From IMG/VR virus record IMGVR_UViG_3300036985_003045: a stretch of 64,000 nt of DNA. One strand, written 5' to 3'. Numbering within the stretch: position 1 is the first letter of the stretch; each line of letters starts with the position of its first letter. The notes beneath the pieces were generated by a model. It was given only the letters and a program-made list of their open reading frames with translations. It was not told where the DNA came from and ran no database searches. Below are positions 45,961 to 55,851 of the stretch, piece by piece. The DNA is from a virus. Lineage: Duplodnaviria > Caudoviricetes. The position numbers were made by a program, and so were the translations under genes.

Positions 45961-47041
45961 TATCTTCTCCTAAATCATCCTCAATTAATGCCAATTCTTC
46001 TTCAATAGATTCATCTGATATAATAGCACCATTTGAAACTTGATAATTCTTTTTAATCCATTCTTGGAAACTTACTGTTGATATAATAGGTAACCAAAAG
46101 TCTTTAGTATCCGTATCTTTTATACGATACTTTTTATCTTCTACTTCGCCTGTTTCAGTGTTAACTTTAGAATACCAACCATTACTTGGTTTAACTACAT
46201 GACCGGATTCTAACGCCATTTCTAATAGACCTGACCATTTGCTAATACCACCTTCAAACTTAACAGTAACTGGTATTTTAGACTTTTCACGTGACTGTCT
46301 AGACTTTTCTACATTGATAATGAAGTTATAACCAGCCAATTCAGTTCCGTCTTTCTCTTGTTGTCTACCAAGTATAAAAATGTTATCTGCAGAAAGGTAT
46401 ATACCTGATCCACCAGACACTACTGGCTTACTATACATTTCTTGTGTCATATAGATATGGTTCACTGCAACCATAGGAATATCATACTTAACTAGATATG
46501 GAGTAATCATTCTAAAGATAGATTTCATTTGACGAGCTCTACTCATATCTTGAGTTGATTTACCATCAATAGCATCATCCATTTCTTTCTTTGATGACAT
46601 ATTACCAAGTGAATCTATAATGAATATAACTTTATCACCGCGTTTAATTTCTTGTAATTGGTGCATTACATCAAATTTGAACTCTTCCATATTCATAATG
46701 GGTGTATGTACTACGCGTTCTTTATCAATGCCAAGAGAATCGAAATAAGATTCAGGTGTACCAAACTCACAATCATAGAATACTAGTACAGATTCTGGAT
46801 ACTTATCCATATATGACTTAGCAAGGATCAAAGAGAATAATGACTTGAAATGCTTACTTGGTCCACAGAATAATGTAAGACCTGGAGTTAATCCACCATC
46901 AATTCTACCGGATAACGCAATATTGAGAGCTGGAATTGGGGTTGTTACCATATCTTTCTTAGTAAAGAACTTTGAAGATGATAATATTGAAGAATCTTTA
47001 ATCGTACTATTCTTTTTAATTCGTTCTAATAATGCACTCAT
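45953..47041 (-). CDS. uvsX: UvsX RecA-like recombinase
   Basis: LNIALSG, GPSKHFKS, FYD.EFG, IDSLGN, DMSRA, GG.G..LSAD. Confidence 0.95.
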   Translation of the reverse strand: MSALLERIKKNSTIKDSSILSSSKFFTKKDMVTTPIPALNIALSGRIDGGLTPGLTLFCGPSKHFKSLFSLILAKSYMDKYPESVLVFYDCEFGTPESYFDSLGIDKERVVHTPIMNMEEFKFDVMHQLQEIKRGDKVIFIIDSLGNMSSKKEMDDAIDGKSTQDMSRARQMKSIFRMITPYLVKYDIPMVAVNHIYMTQEMYSKPVVSGGSGIYLSADNIFILGRQQEKDGTELAGYNFIINVEKSRQSREKSKIPVTVKFEGGISKWSGLLEMALESGHVVKPSNGWYSKVNTETGEVEDKKYRIKDTDTKDFWLPIISTVSFQEWIKKNYQVSNGAIISDESIEEELALIEDDLGEDSE

Positions 47042-47069
47042 TAATTACCTCATTTGTTAATTTATTCAA

Positions 47070-47103
47070 CTATTATATTATAAATTATGAATATTGTAAA
47101 CTA
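47070..47103 (-). promoter_or_regulatory. early-type promoter upstream of uvsX
   Basis: GTTTAC 47096-47101, 18 nt, TATAAT 47072-47077. Confidence 0.6.
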
Positions 47104-47106
47104 TTA

Positions 47107-47664
47107 TTATGGATTATTTTTAGAATGCGGTACATCGAATACAAAGGTAATTCTTATACAATCACCTAAGTTTTCTGTTCCATGTTCTAACTTATTATTA
47201 AACCAAAGTAATGTTCCAGGTTCTACAATAACAGACTCATCTCCTACTGAATATCGATAAGTTCCTTGAATTGATAAATGATACCTATCTCTTGTAAGAT
47301 AATAATCTCCAATATCAATATGTTTGCCTACAATACCTCCAATAGGTAAAGATAGAAATCCACATCGACTATGGGATTTAAAATGTCGTTTCAAAAATCC
47401 TACAATTTCAGTATGTCTTTTATATGCAGGAGTCTCTATACAGATATCTGTATCGCCAACATATTGATCAAGGTTTTCTACTCCGCCCATTACTAATTGA
47501 AGTACTCCTGCTTGAATTTCTGGAAAACCTCTATCAAGCATAGACATTGATCCTTCTAACGTCTTTTGAGCACCCCAATCATTTGGGTATTTTTCTAATT
47601 GTTTTAATATCTTTGAGACATTAATTCCAGTTTTGATTATTCTAATATTATCCAAAGAAGTCAT
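47107..47664 (-). CDS. 2OG-Fe(II) oxygenase (aspartyl/asparaginyl beta-hydroxylase-like)
   Basis: HID facial triad, RYHL, WFNNKLEH, RITFVFD. Confidence 0.8.
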   Translation of the reverse strand: MTSLDNIRIIKTGINVSKILKQLEKYPNDWGAQKTLEGSMSMLDRGFPEIQAGVLQLVMGGVENLDQYVGDTDICIETPAYKRHTEIVGFLKRHFKSHSRCGFLSLPIGGIVGKHIDIGDYYLTRDRYHLSIQGTYRYSVGDESVIVEPGTLLWFNNKLEHGTENLGDCIRITFVFDVPHSKNNP

Positions 47665-50152
47665 CCAAGTTTGCCGAGTTATTTAATTTCCAACCAATAG
47701 GTTCAAGCATAATTTGCAAAGGGTTTATAAATACTTTTTCAAATTGTGTATCATAATCAATATATTTTTCTAATCCAAATTCTTCCGGTATTTTATCTTT
47801 GATGGATATTACATTTTGATTAATGGGATTTGGAGTTCTCAAGAATACTACTTTAACTTTATCACTATCAAGTATTTTTTCATACGTCTTTGATAGTTTA
47901 TATTTGTCTATTAAATGATTATACCAAAGAGCTCCGCGTACATGCATGGGAGTACCTTTAGCAAATACATTAGTCTTATCACTAAACTTCTTAAGACCAT
48001 TAATACCTGAAGGTCGACCGATACTTGCTGAGGCAAGAGATTCAAATTCAATTTTAAAGTCATTGACATACTTATTGATTTGATCTTGATCACCATCCAA
48101 TATAATATTCAATGAGTCTTTTAGTTTTTTCCTACATACCTGAGGTGTAGAAGACTTAACTAGTTCTAAACCGGTTACTTTTAGTTTAGGTTCTGCATAT
48201 TGAACACCTTCAGAATTATACACTCGAAGAAAGTATCTTTTCTTGGCTACAAATACACCTACATCGGCTAGTACTTCACGCTTCATTTTCATTTTCTGTT
48301 CATAGGCATTCATATAGTCTGCCATTTTTATATATGAACGATCAATTAATGGTTCAACTATTTTAGCACAAAATGTATCCATGAATGCTATCTTTTGATC
48401 GACAGATTTATCTTTACATACAGATTCTACAACTGCTTCTAAAGTTACATAATTAGAATCTGTATCACCGGCAATAACATATTGGATATCTTCAGTTTTA
48501 TTTGCTTTATTAAAGTACTCATCCAACATAATAGCATTCCATCTATTGGATAACTGACCTGATAGCGTAATACTTTCTGCCATTCTTAAGTCATAATACC
48601 TGAACCATGAATTACCTATTGCGCCATACACACTGTTCAATGCTTCTTTTACTGCTAATTGCATAGCATTAGAGGAACTTTGAGCATTCTGATATTCTTT
48701 ATTGTACTTATCAGATTCAAGTAACTGCTCATACTTAAGCATTTCATTTTTATAATTACTACGGTCGGCATATACCTCTTCCATAATTTCAGGTAGGAAG
48801 CCACGAACATCTCGACGATAACACCAACCATTTGCAGTTAGAGATAAATTCTGCTCTTTAATATAGAAATTATCAAATGACTTTGATAATAGTTCATCTA
48901 CAGTACAAGGGATTCTAGTATCAGTAAGAGTCTCAGGACTAATATTGTATTGCATAATCAAATGTGGATATAGAGATGCCAAATCGAATGATGCAATGTA
49001 CTTATGCTTACCTACTACTGGAACTTGAACATATGCACCTTCATACTTACCAGTTTTGATTGAATTCTTCTTTGGTGGTATAACAATGTTCTTATTCTTT
49101 AATCGATTATAAATGATTGAGTCCCACATATTTACTGGTCCATACACTTCATCTAGATTGATTTTAGAATAATATGCAAGTGATACCGCAATCTGAATCA
49201 GTTTAAGTTTTTCATCTAACTTATCGACAAGTCTAACGTCATGTCTATTATAGTCTACAAATAAAGACCAATCTTTTGTATAAAAGTCTTTGAATGAATT
49301 ATAAGGATTTTCAAGTTTCTTTTCACCAAGAACTGTATTGGCAACAGTATCAAGTTTCATATCATCTACTTGAATTTTACCAAACTTAGCAAATAGTTCT
49401 TTATAATCGAGCATGGCAATGCCCTCGATATTATAACCTATCTTTTCATTACCATTCTGATCTTTATACAATCGTTCACGAACGCGACCCCAAGGAGATA
49501 GTTTATTAATGATTTGATCATCTATAACTCTTGACATTCTACGAATTAGATATGGAAAATCATATCCATTTGTATTCCAACCAGTTACAATATCAGGATA
49601 GTTTAGAGTCCAATGAGTCATGAACTCACGTAATAAATGTGCTTCACTTTGGCATTTAATATATGGACCATCATCATTTACCTTGTCATAAGGTCTTGTA
49701 CCAAAGGTTACGATATCAGTCGAATTTCTATTCTTTACTGATATAAGTGTGATCTCTTCTATAGGATCTTTAATCACCTCATCAATACTTAGACCATGTT
49801 CAGTAGTAGTCTCAATATCAATAGTTGTGATATTCATTACTGATTGGTCATATTCTATTTCACCTGGATAATATTCAGATATGAATTGCTTTGTGAAGTC
49901 TTGCATCCCATATATTTTGAAGTTCTCTACTTCACCATAACTTTTGATAAACTCTTTAGTGTCATGGATACTACCAGGTTGGATTTCACCTACATATTCA
50001 TTAGTAAGAGTCTTCCATTTGGTTGGAGTCTTGGATGAGACAAATAAGGTAGGTTTGAAGTCAACCTTGGTATGGATTCGTTTGCCATCTTCATAACCTC
50101 GAAGTAAGATGTTATTAGATACTTGTAGTACACTTGTATAGAATTTAGACAT
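47648..50152 (-). CDS. 43: family B DNA polymerase gp43
   Basis: DIET ExoI, WN...YD ExoII, YN.HD ExoIII, DLASLYP, K..LNS.YG, GDTDS; ends NLDDFFG. Confidence 0.97.
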   Translation of the reverse strand: MSKFYTSVLQVSNNILLRGYEDGKRIHTKVDFKPTLFVSSKTPTKWKTLTNEYVGEIQPGSIHDTKEFIKSYGEVENFKIYGMQDFTKQFISEYYPGEIEYDQSVMNITTIDIETTTEHGLSIDEVIKDPIEEITLISVKNRNSTDIVTFGTRPYDKVNDDGPYIKCQSEAHLLREFMTHWTLNYPDIVTGWNTNGYDFPYLIRRMSRVIDDQIINKLSPWGRVRERLYKDQNGNEKIGYNIEGIAMLDYKELFAKFGKIQVDDMKLDTVANTVLGEKKLENPYNSFKDFYTKDWSLFVDYNRHDVRLVDKLDEKLKLIQIAVSLAYYSKINLDEVYGPVNMWDSIIYNRLKNKNIVIPPKKNSIKTGKYEGAYVQVPVVGKHKYIASFDLASLYPHLIMQYNISPETLTDTRIPCTVDELLSKSFDNFYIKEQNLSLTANGWCYRRDVRGFLPEIMEEVYADRSNYKNEMLKYEQLLESDKYNKEYQNAQSSSNAMQLAVKEALNSVYGAIGNSWFRYYDLRMAESITLSGQLSNRWNAIMLDEYFNKANKTEDIQYVIAGDTDSNYVTLEAVVESVCKDKSVDQKIAFMDTFCAKIVEPLIDRSYIKMADYMNAYEQKMKMKREVLADVGVFVAKKRYFLRVYNSEGVQYAEPKLKVTGLELVKSSTPQVCRKKLKDSLNIILDGDQDQINKYVNDFKIEFESLASASIGRPSGINGLKKFSDKTNVFAKGTPMHVRGALWYNHLIDKYKLSKTYEKILDSDKVKVVFLRTPNPINQNVISIKDKIPEEFGLEKYIDYDTQFEKVFINPLQIMLEPIGWKLNNSANLDDFFG

Positions 50153-50711
50153 GTTTTCCCTTAATCAACATCATTACATCATAACAGATATCGTGGACTG
50201 GATGGTGCTTGATTACTTTATCTTTACTAAAGTCTTCAACTTCGCAATATCCATTGGATGAACCATACATAATATCAATTGCAGTTCTAAGATCTCTATA
50301 GTTATTATATCTCATAATTGGTTCGGTGGATACTGCTTTAGATAAACTATCAAACATTGGTTGGTCCATTGATCCTCTAACCCAGATGGTTTGATTGTCT
50401 GGATTTGGGAACATGTTAATATAGTCTTTTACTTTTTGAATAGCTTCTTCAGCTTTTAGGTCGTCGGGTTTTGGATGCAGACTAATATCTTGGAGATATT
50501 TGTGCTGCTTAGACCACCATTCTAGAGTACCTTTGTCCATTACTCTATTAAGGCGTTTGACTTGATCTTTGACATCAAGTTTTAGGAACAAAGTTCTGTT
50601 CAATAGTTTATCATAATCTAACTCTTCAGTTGGATCAAAATAAACTATAGCAACAGATAATACGACAGAGTTGGATTCAACTCCCAAACTTTCTAAATCA
50701 AAACAATACAT
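50145..50711 (-). CDS. DEDDh 3'-5' exonuclease (DexA/Rv2179c-like)
   Basis: DLESLG, WW.KQ, RGS.D, RDLRT, HHPVHD. Confidence 0.8.
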   Translation of the reverse strand: MYCFDLESLGVESNSVVLSVAIVYFDPTEELDYDKLLNRTLFLKLDVKDQVKRLNRVMDKGTLEWWSKQHKYLQDISLHPKPDDLKAEEAIQKVKDYINMFPNPDNQTIWVRGSMDQPMFDSLSKAVSTEPIMRYNNYRDLRTAIDIMYGSSNGYCEVEDFSKDKVIKHHPVHDICYDVMMLIKGKHV

Positions 50712-50730
50712 TTCACCTCCAATTTATATA

Positions 50731-50768
50731 GATCTATAGTATCATATAATCTATAAAATGTAAACCAT
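50731..50768 (-). promoter_or_regulatory. early-type promoter upstream of exonuclease-gp43
   Basis: GTTTAC 50760-50765, 18 nt, TACTAT 50736-50741. Confidence 0.6.
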
Positions 50769-50958
50769 TATAAAAATAATATTTAAGAATGTGTTGGAAC
50801 GTATAATCTACACACCATACTTTGGAATAGTTCAAATGCTTCCTTTGGTGTTGCTCCACTTCCTTGGCAATGGAATGAACCAAATTCGCAATACCATAAT
50901 CCATTTTTATAGTAAAATTTATGTCGCATTATTATAAGTTATTAATATTAAACATTAT

Positions 50959-52299
50959 TTATTTAATTTTAATAGAACTATCAGCAATTTCTTTATCATT
51001 TCTTACTTCAAGAAAGATAGGAAGGAATAATGACTCTTCACCATTTGTATTTTTGATTCTAGCATTATACTTTACAGATATGATTTTGCCATAATAATCT
51101 GATGGAGGAGCATTTCTTTGTTCATCAGTAAATCCAGAACCAACATATACCTTCAATAAACCATCGGCAGATTCACAGCATAATGAACCTATCATATCAG
51201 CATATTTACCAGTACCACCTATTACAGAAACTACTTTCAAATCACAATCCAATTCTGCTTTGAACTTGATTTGACCTTTGGATCTTTTGTTTTCCCATAA
51301 TGAATTAGGATCTTTAAGAATGATGCCTTCTTGATTTTCATCAAGATAGTTTTGAAATATTCTTTGAGTTTGTTCTAAAGAATCTACCTCAAAAGTTTCT
51401 ACTAAATCAAGTTTCCTTAATTTAAATTTACTTAATTTATAAATAAGATTTTTTAATTGCCTAAATCTATAACTGTAAGGTTGGTCACATTTACCAGCAA
51501 TGAAATCTTGATATGGAATTTGATCCCAAAGAGTAGCAAATACTCTATCTGCTTCTTCTTTTGATATAGTTCCCTTTACTGCTTTGTTTAGAATACCATT
51601 ACCAGTTTGACGATCACATATCTTACCGTTTGAATCTGTTTCAACTGTATCATATACCAGAAGTTCACCATCAAACACAGTGTCTTTATGATCTGCTAAT
51701 TCGATAAATTCTTCTTCAAGACTACCTAGTAATGAAATCTCTTTACCACTTCTAGAACGAAATTCAACCGTACCATAAAAATCATCATCGAATTTAACTA
51801 TGGCATTAAACCTCATACCATCTTCTTTCTTTTGAACTATGGCAGGGAATGTAATCTTATCAACTAATTTCTGCTCGAAAGGAGAACATAACATACAAGG
51901 GAACTCTGGTATTAGATTCTTCCAGACTTTATTGACGGTAGAGGTAGAAACACCGCACTTCAGATCTTTTTGGATAATTCTCTCGACGACCTTGGCGTTG
52001 CTCTCGGATACATTCTCAAGGACGAATACGAGGTGAGAAATAGCATTGTTGCCAGTGATCTTGCGAGATGCTAACTGTTCAACCAATTCTTGGATAGCCC
52101 AATCGAGGTTGTCGTCGCTCAGGAGAAATGTGCTTGGAGTGTACGATGGGATCTTGCGTTGGTAGAACTGAGTGAATGGATCGTTAGCAAGACGACATAC
52201 CTCTTTCAGAAGATCGTTATCCTTGTGCTTGGTAAGCAAATCGATCTTGAAGTTTCTAGAGTTGTTCGATTCGAGTTCTTGTAGTATTTCTAGTATCAT
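50959..52299 (-). CDS. 30: ATP-dependent DNA ligase gp30
   Basis: KEDGMR motif I, SRSGK, FDGEL, EGIILK, KRS, VGSGF; start trimmed to ATG 52299. Confidence 0.93.
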   Translation of the reverse strand: MILEILQELESNNSRNFKIDLLTKHKDNDLLKEVCRLANDPFTQFYQRKIPSYTPSTFLLSDDNLDWAIQELVEQLASRKITGNNAISHLVFVLENVSESNAKVVERIIQKDLKCGVSTSTVNKVWKNLIPEFPCMLCSPFEQKLVDKITFPAIVQKKEDGMRFNAIVKFDDDFYGTVEFRSRSGKEISLLGSLEEEFIELADHKDTVFDGELLVYDTVETDSNGKICDRQTGNGILNKAVKGTISKEEADRVFATLWDQIPYQDFIAGKCDQPYSYRFRQLKNLIYKLSKFKLRKLDLVETFEVDSLEQTQRIFQNYLDENQEGIILKDPNSLWENKRSKGQIKFKAELDCDLKVVSVIGGTGKYADMIGSLCCESADGLLKVYVGSGFTDEQRNAPPSDYYGKIISVKYNARIKNTNGEESLFLPIFLEVRNDKEIADSSIKIK

Positions 52300-52325
52300 T
52301 ATGTATGTTTCTCTCAATAATTAAT

Positions 52326-52370
52326 TTATGGGTCTATTATATACTGTTTTCTGGGAATGTAAACGTTTAT
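52326..52370 (-). promoter_or_regulatory. early promoter cassette
   Basis: GTTTAC 52359-52364, 17 nt, TATAAT 52336-52341. Confidence 0.85.
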
Positions 52371-52576
52371 ATTAAATTAATATCAATTGTTTCACCAACT
52401 CTGAAGATTCTAACTTTATACTTCATTTCAAAAAATCGTTTTTCATCTCTAGTCAAAACTGCATTATAACCTTGAGCGCATTTCTTAGCATCTTCTTTCT
52501 TGTCGAAAGATTTTACCATAGTAGTACCTTCTTCGCCATTTGCACCATTAAAACTATAAACACCATATTTAAACAT
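52367..52576 (-). CDS. hypothetical protein
   Basis: ORF track; stop inside cassette. Confidence 0.6.
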   Translation of the reverse strand: MFKYGVYSFNGANGEEGTTMVKSFDKKEDAKKCAQGYNAVLTRDEKRFFEMKYKVRIFRVGETIDINLI

Positions 52577-52578
52577 AA

Positions 52579-52770
52579 TTAAACCTCTTTGTAGTAAGAA
52601 GGGTCGTCAAAAACGACTTCATTGATAATCCAAGCAATGATAGAATCTCTATCAGTTGGATCAATATGACAAGGGCGAACCCCATTAACATCTTTGAACC
52701 AGTCAGAGAATACTCCAAATAGTTCATCGATTGGCATTGCTTTGCATTTTTCAACGATTTTGTTGCTCAT
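52579..52770 (-). CDS. hypothetical protein
   Basis: GAGGA leader. Confidence 0.6.
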   Translation of the reverse strand: MSNKIVEKCKAMPIDELFGVFSDWFKDVNGVRPCHIDPTDRDSIIAWIINEVVFDDPSYYKEV

Positions 52771-52920
52771 AATATATAATTCCTCAATAATTTAAATGTT
52801 ATCCAATGCAAGGATAACTGTTGGGATGATTAACTGAAACATAACTGGTATGCTTAGTAGTAAATCTGTTACGGGTTTTAATATTTCTTTATTCATAATA
52901 TAGTATCTCAATTAATTAGT

Positions 52921-52968
52921 TTATGGATCTATTATATCATACTTTCTAGAAATGTAAACGTTTATTTT
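52921..52968 (-). promoter_or_regulatory. early promoter cassette
   Basis: GTTTAC 52954-52959, 17 nt, TATAAT 52931-52936. Confidence 0.85.
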
Positions 52969-52971
52969 CAA

Positions 52972-53586
52972 TTATTTCATTAATTTTATTGATCCATCCT
53001 GACTAACAAAATATGCTTCAAATTTTATCTTCGGGAATAGTTTTTTTAATTCAAGGAACTTAGTCAAATTAGTTATAGCATCATCGAATAGACTTACTCG
53101 GTCAAATTGACCTGTCTTTAGATAGTTGTGTATGATTACAAACTTTTTATCGGCAGCTGCAGCAATATCAATTATATTACCCGCGCGTTCTACACGAACA
53201 TCATCAATATTGAATTTATATTTTCTGAATGTATTTAGGAAAACTTCTTTATTATCGAAGTTTGCTCTTGCAGTAACAACTATGACTTTACTAAGTGGAT
53301 TTTTAACTGAATGTGATAAGATTGCTTTTGCTCTATCAAACATTCTTGAGATGGGTTTAGATTCTTTATTAAACTTTTTAGCATCTTTGAATTCTCCAAA
53401 ATCAAAAGATTCGCCTTTTTTTAATATGTATGTATTAAATTCTTGATTAGATAGTTTTTTTAGAACTTTGCCATCTTTAATTAATGCAATTTGCGCAGTT
53501 GTATGAAATAGTGTATCGTCTATATCAAATATACTAAGTCTACCCAATTTATTGTCTTCTGATAAAAACTTTTTAAATGATTCCAT
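52972..53586 (-). CDS. HAD-superfamily phosphatase with internal-protein-like leader
   Basis: MESFKKFLSE leader (AGAG RBS); FDIDDTL, VTAR, KK, FDD. Confidence 0.78.
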   Translation of the reverse strand: MESFKKFLSEDNKLGRLSIFDIDDTLFHTTAQIALIKDGKVLKKLSNQEFNTYILKKGESFDFGEFKDAKKFNKESKPISRMFDRAKAILSHSVKNPLSKVIVVTARANFDNKEVFLNTFRKYKFNIDDVRVERAGNIIDIAAAADKKFVIIHNYLKTGQFDRVSLFDDAITNLTKFLELKKLFPKIKFEAYFVSQDGSIKLMK

Positions 53587-53626
53587 TCTCTTTACTTCTT
53601 TTATTAACATTTACTTTATTTATCTT

Positions 53627-54046
53627 TTAACCTCTAGCAAATTTATTTGAAAATGCATTTTGTTCAGATTTCATTTCTGCTTCAAACACCATACGATTCA
53701 TTTCTCTATCATCTTGTTCTGCTTGAAGTCTTGCTTTTTGCAAGGATATTTCGAGGAGTTGACCTGCGTACTTGCATATACGGGGAGTGCCTTTAGCATT
53801 TGGTTTTTTCCAATAAGCTAATTGTTTTTCAGATAGTTTTTTAAACTTATCATAATAAGTTGCCATTGAAGTACCCATATGAGCATCTGCAGGAGTAAAT
53901 CCACGTCCATTTGCACTAATGGTTCCTAACGCAGTCTTTTCAGTTTCAGTTTGTCTTTCATTAATAACTACTAAAGCTCGGCAAATAGCAGTATCATTAT
54001 TGTTTAATAGATTTATAATATCTTGTTTGTTCATTTTATTCCTCAC
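53627..54046 (-). CDS. conserved hypothetical phage protein
   Basis: RAL..I..RQT..E.......NG.GFT..DA, KYAGQL. Confidence 0.7.
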   Translation of the reverse strand: MRNKMNKQDIINLLNNNDTAICRALVVINERQTETEKTALGTISANGRGFTPADAHMGTSMATYYDKFKKLSEKQLAYWKKPNAKGTPRICKYAGQLLEISLQKARLQAEQDDREMNRMVFEAEMKSEQNAFSNKFARG

Positions 54047-54513
54047 TTTCCTAAATTAAATTTTTCTTCAAATTCAACCATTGATAAACTATCAAATGCA
54101 GTTCTTAAAATATTAATGTTATATTTAGATTTTAAAGAATCCATATCTGATTTATCATATTTTTTCCAGAACATTTGTCTAGCAGATTGTTCTTTTTTTA
54201 CAGCTTTAGTTTTCTTTTCTCTTAAAACTTTAATATGTTGTATTGCATTGCATTCAGATGATTCAATAAATTCTGCAAGAGTTTCAACTGAATAGAATAT
54301 TTGAGCAATTTCTTCTTTTGGATTTGAAGAATATTTACGAATACCAATAGGACGATAGTTAGCATGTCCTGCGGCAGCATTAGCATAATCTAAAAGTTCT
54401 TCTGAAAGAACTAAGTTTATAGCATCTTCACCGGGTATGTACAAAGTAGGATTTGATTCTACTTTTGCATGGTAATGATTGTATAATTCTTTTACTGCAT
54501 TTAAATCTAACAT
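54043..54513 (-). CDS. hypothetical early protein
   Basis: First ORF behind promoter cassette. Confidence 0.7.
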   Translation of the reverse strand: MLDLNAVKELYNHYHAKVESNPTLYIPGEDAINLVLSEELLDYANAAAGHANYRPIGIRKYSSNPKEEIAQIFYSVETLAEFIESSECNAIQHIKVLREKKTKAVKKEQSARQMFWKKYDKSDMDSLKSKYNINILRTAFDSLSMVEFEEKFNLGK

Positions 54514-54539
54514 AATATATAATTCCTCATTTATTTAAT

Positions 54540-54588
54540 TTATGAGTCTATTATATCATACTTTATAGGAATGTAAACGTTTTATTTT
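54540..54588 (-). promoter_or_regulatory. early promoter cassette
   Basis: GTTTAC 54573-54578, 17 nt, TATAAT 54550-54555. Confidence 0.85.
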
Positions 54589-54618
54589 GGAAATAGACTA
54601 TTTCTTTTAAAGAAACAA

Positions 54619-54810
54619 TCAACGCGAAGCCTTTATGTATTCTAATTGAGTGTTCAAATACTCTTCGTAATCATCTAATAATTTAACTGATTTGATTTTA
54701 CTATACATCTTTTCAAAATCACCTTGTCCATCTCCATGATAAAAGTATATAGGTTCACCATCAGATGTGGTATTAACAACACTAATTTCATTTATAAAGT
54801 TTTCAATCAT
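54619..54810 (-). CDS. hypothetical protein
   Basis: ORF track. Confidence 0.5.
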   Translation of the reverse strand: MIENFINEISVVNTTSDGEPIYFYHGDGQGDFEKMYSKIKSVKLLDDYEEYLNTQLEYIKASR

Positions 54811-54839
54811 TAAAAGGCCTCAAGTAAAAGTAAATAAAT

Positions 54840-54847
54840 TATAAATA
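54840..54847 (+). promoter_or_regulatory. T4 late promoter TATAAATA heading the + strand operon
   Basis: Exact consensus 29 nt upstream of ATG 54876. Confidence 0.8.
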
Positions 54848-54875
54848 GGATATATATATTTAATGGATTAATTAT

Positions 54876-55307
54876 ATGGATATCGGATTTCCAAACCTTG
54901 ACTTCTTCAGTCTTGTCCAACAATGTGGATTCCCTATAGCACTAGCAGTGGTATGTGGATGGTTCATAATGCAAGCAATTTCATTAGTGCTTGGATCAGT
55001 AATAAAATCAATCAAAAAAATTATAGGACTCATTAAGTCGATGGACGGCAGAGTGCGTCAAATGAATGTTGATATATTGGAATTAGATATATTAGTATCT
55101 AATTCACTTGATGTTGATTCACTTCCGTTAAAAGTTCATCATGAAGTTGCAGCAATAATGAATAATAACGGGGCTCCTCCTGTTACGCTTACACCAAAGA
55201 AACAATCAACTATAATGAAAAAGATTTCTGATACTGTTGAAAAAGCTCAAGAAGTAGTTGATGATGCTACTAAAATAGTTGAGAAAGTAGGAAAACTTAA
55301 GAAATGA
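54876..55307 (+). CDS. single-TM coiled-coil membrane protein (paralogue 1)
   Basis: GFPI, TM, D.RV..MNVDI..LD. Confidence 0.7.
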   Translation: MDIGFPNLDFFSLVQQCGFPIALAVVCGWFIMQAISLVLGSVIKSIKKIIGLIKSMDGRVRQMNVDILELDILVSNSLDVDSLPLKVHHEVAAIMNNNGAPPVTLTPKKQSTIMKKISDTVEKAQEVVDDATKIVEKVGKLKK

Positions 55308-55588
55308 ATCCAGAATATATTAAATTCTTTTCTGACACATTAACTCCAATACTTGGTAGTTGTGTACTTGGAGCATTCATATTTACAGCATTAAAATTTG
55401 TTTTGGGCGATGTTATTACTTCAGTTAAAACATTAGCAAGTATTGTAATGGCTTTAGAGAATAGAGTTAAAACTTGTTCACATGAATTAATTAAAATTGA
55501 TGTAACTATATCATCAGTATTAGGACTTAGACCAGATTTGGATAGAATATCCAGAATGGATGGCAAAAATGATGCTAGGAGAGACTAA
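55304..55588 (+). CDS. single-TM coiled-coil membrane protein (paralogue 2)
   Basis: PILG, TM, ENRV....ELIKID. Confidence 0.7.
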   Translation: MNPEYIKFFSDTLTPILGSCVLGAFIFTALKFVLGDVITSVKTLASIVMALENRVKTCSHELIKIDVTISSVLGLRPDLDRISRMDGKNDARRD

Positions 55589-55851
55589 TGGACATAACAC
55601 AAATTGCAGAACTTATAAACAAATATGGTTTTCCAATCATAGCTGCAGGTTATATGTTACGCATGGTAAAGTATGTATGGTCATTTACCATTGAAGAAAT
55701 TAATCCTGTATTAGGTGAAGCATCAAAAGAATTAATCACTTTGATTGATAGAATACGATTACTTGATAATGATTTACTTAGACTCACAGCAAAACTAAAC
55801 ACTGTGTTACAAATGCGGGAGAATGCACATAAGCAAAAGGATATCGAATGA
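55588..55851 (+). CDS. single-TM coiled-coil membrane protein (paralogue 3)
   Basis: YGFPI, TM, DRI..LDNDLLRL. Confidence 0.7.
   Translation: MDITQIAELINKYGFPIIAAGYMLRMVKYVWSFTIEEINPVLGEASKELITLIDRIRLLDNDLLRLTAKLNTVLQMRENAHKQKDIE

Noticed and set aside
17750-50152. Introns or inteins in nrdA, nrdB, thyX, 41, uvsX or 43
   Set aside because: All are continuous ORFs of normal or short length with no splicing motifs
1805-53446. Short + strand ORFs in the track (e.g. 3269, 9080, 13719, 25172, 32005, 43866, 53126)
   Set aside because: Antisense shadows of well-supported - strand genes, with no RBS or motifs
921-54588. Dispersed ~45-bp repeats as a CRISPR array or mobile element ends
   Set aside because: Spacing is irregular and kilobase-scale with genes in between; each copy is a -35/-10 promoter; no cas or transposase genes
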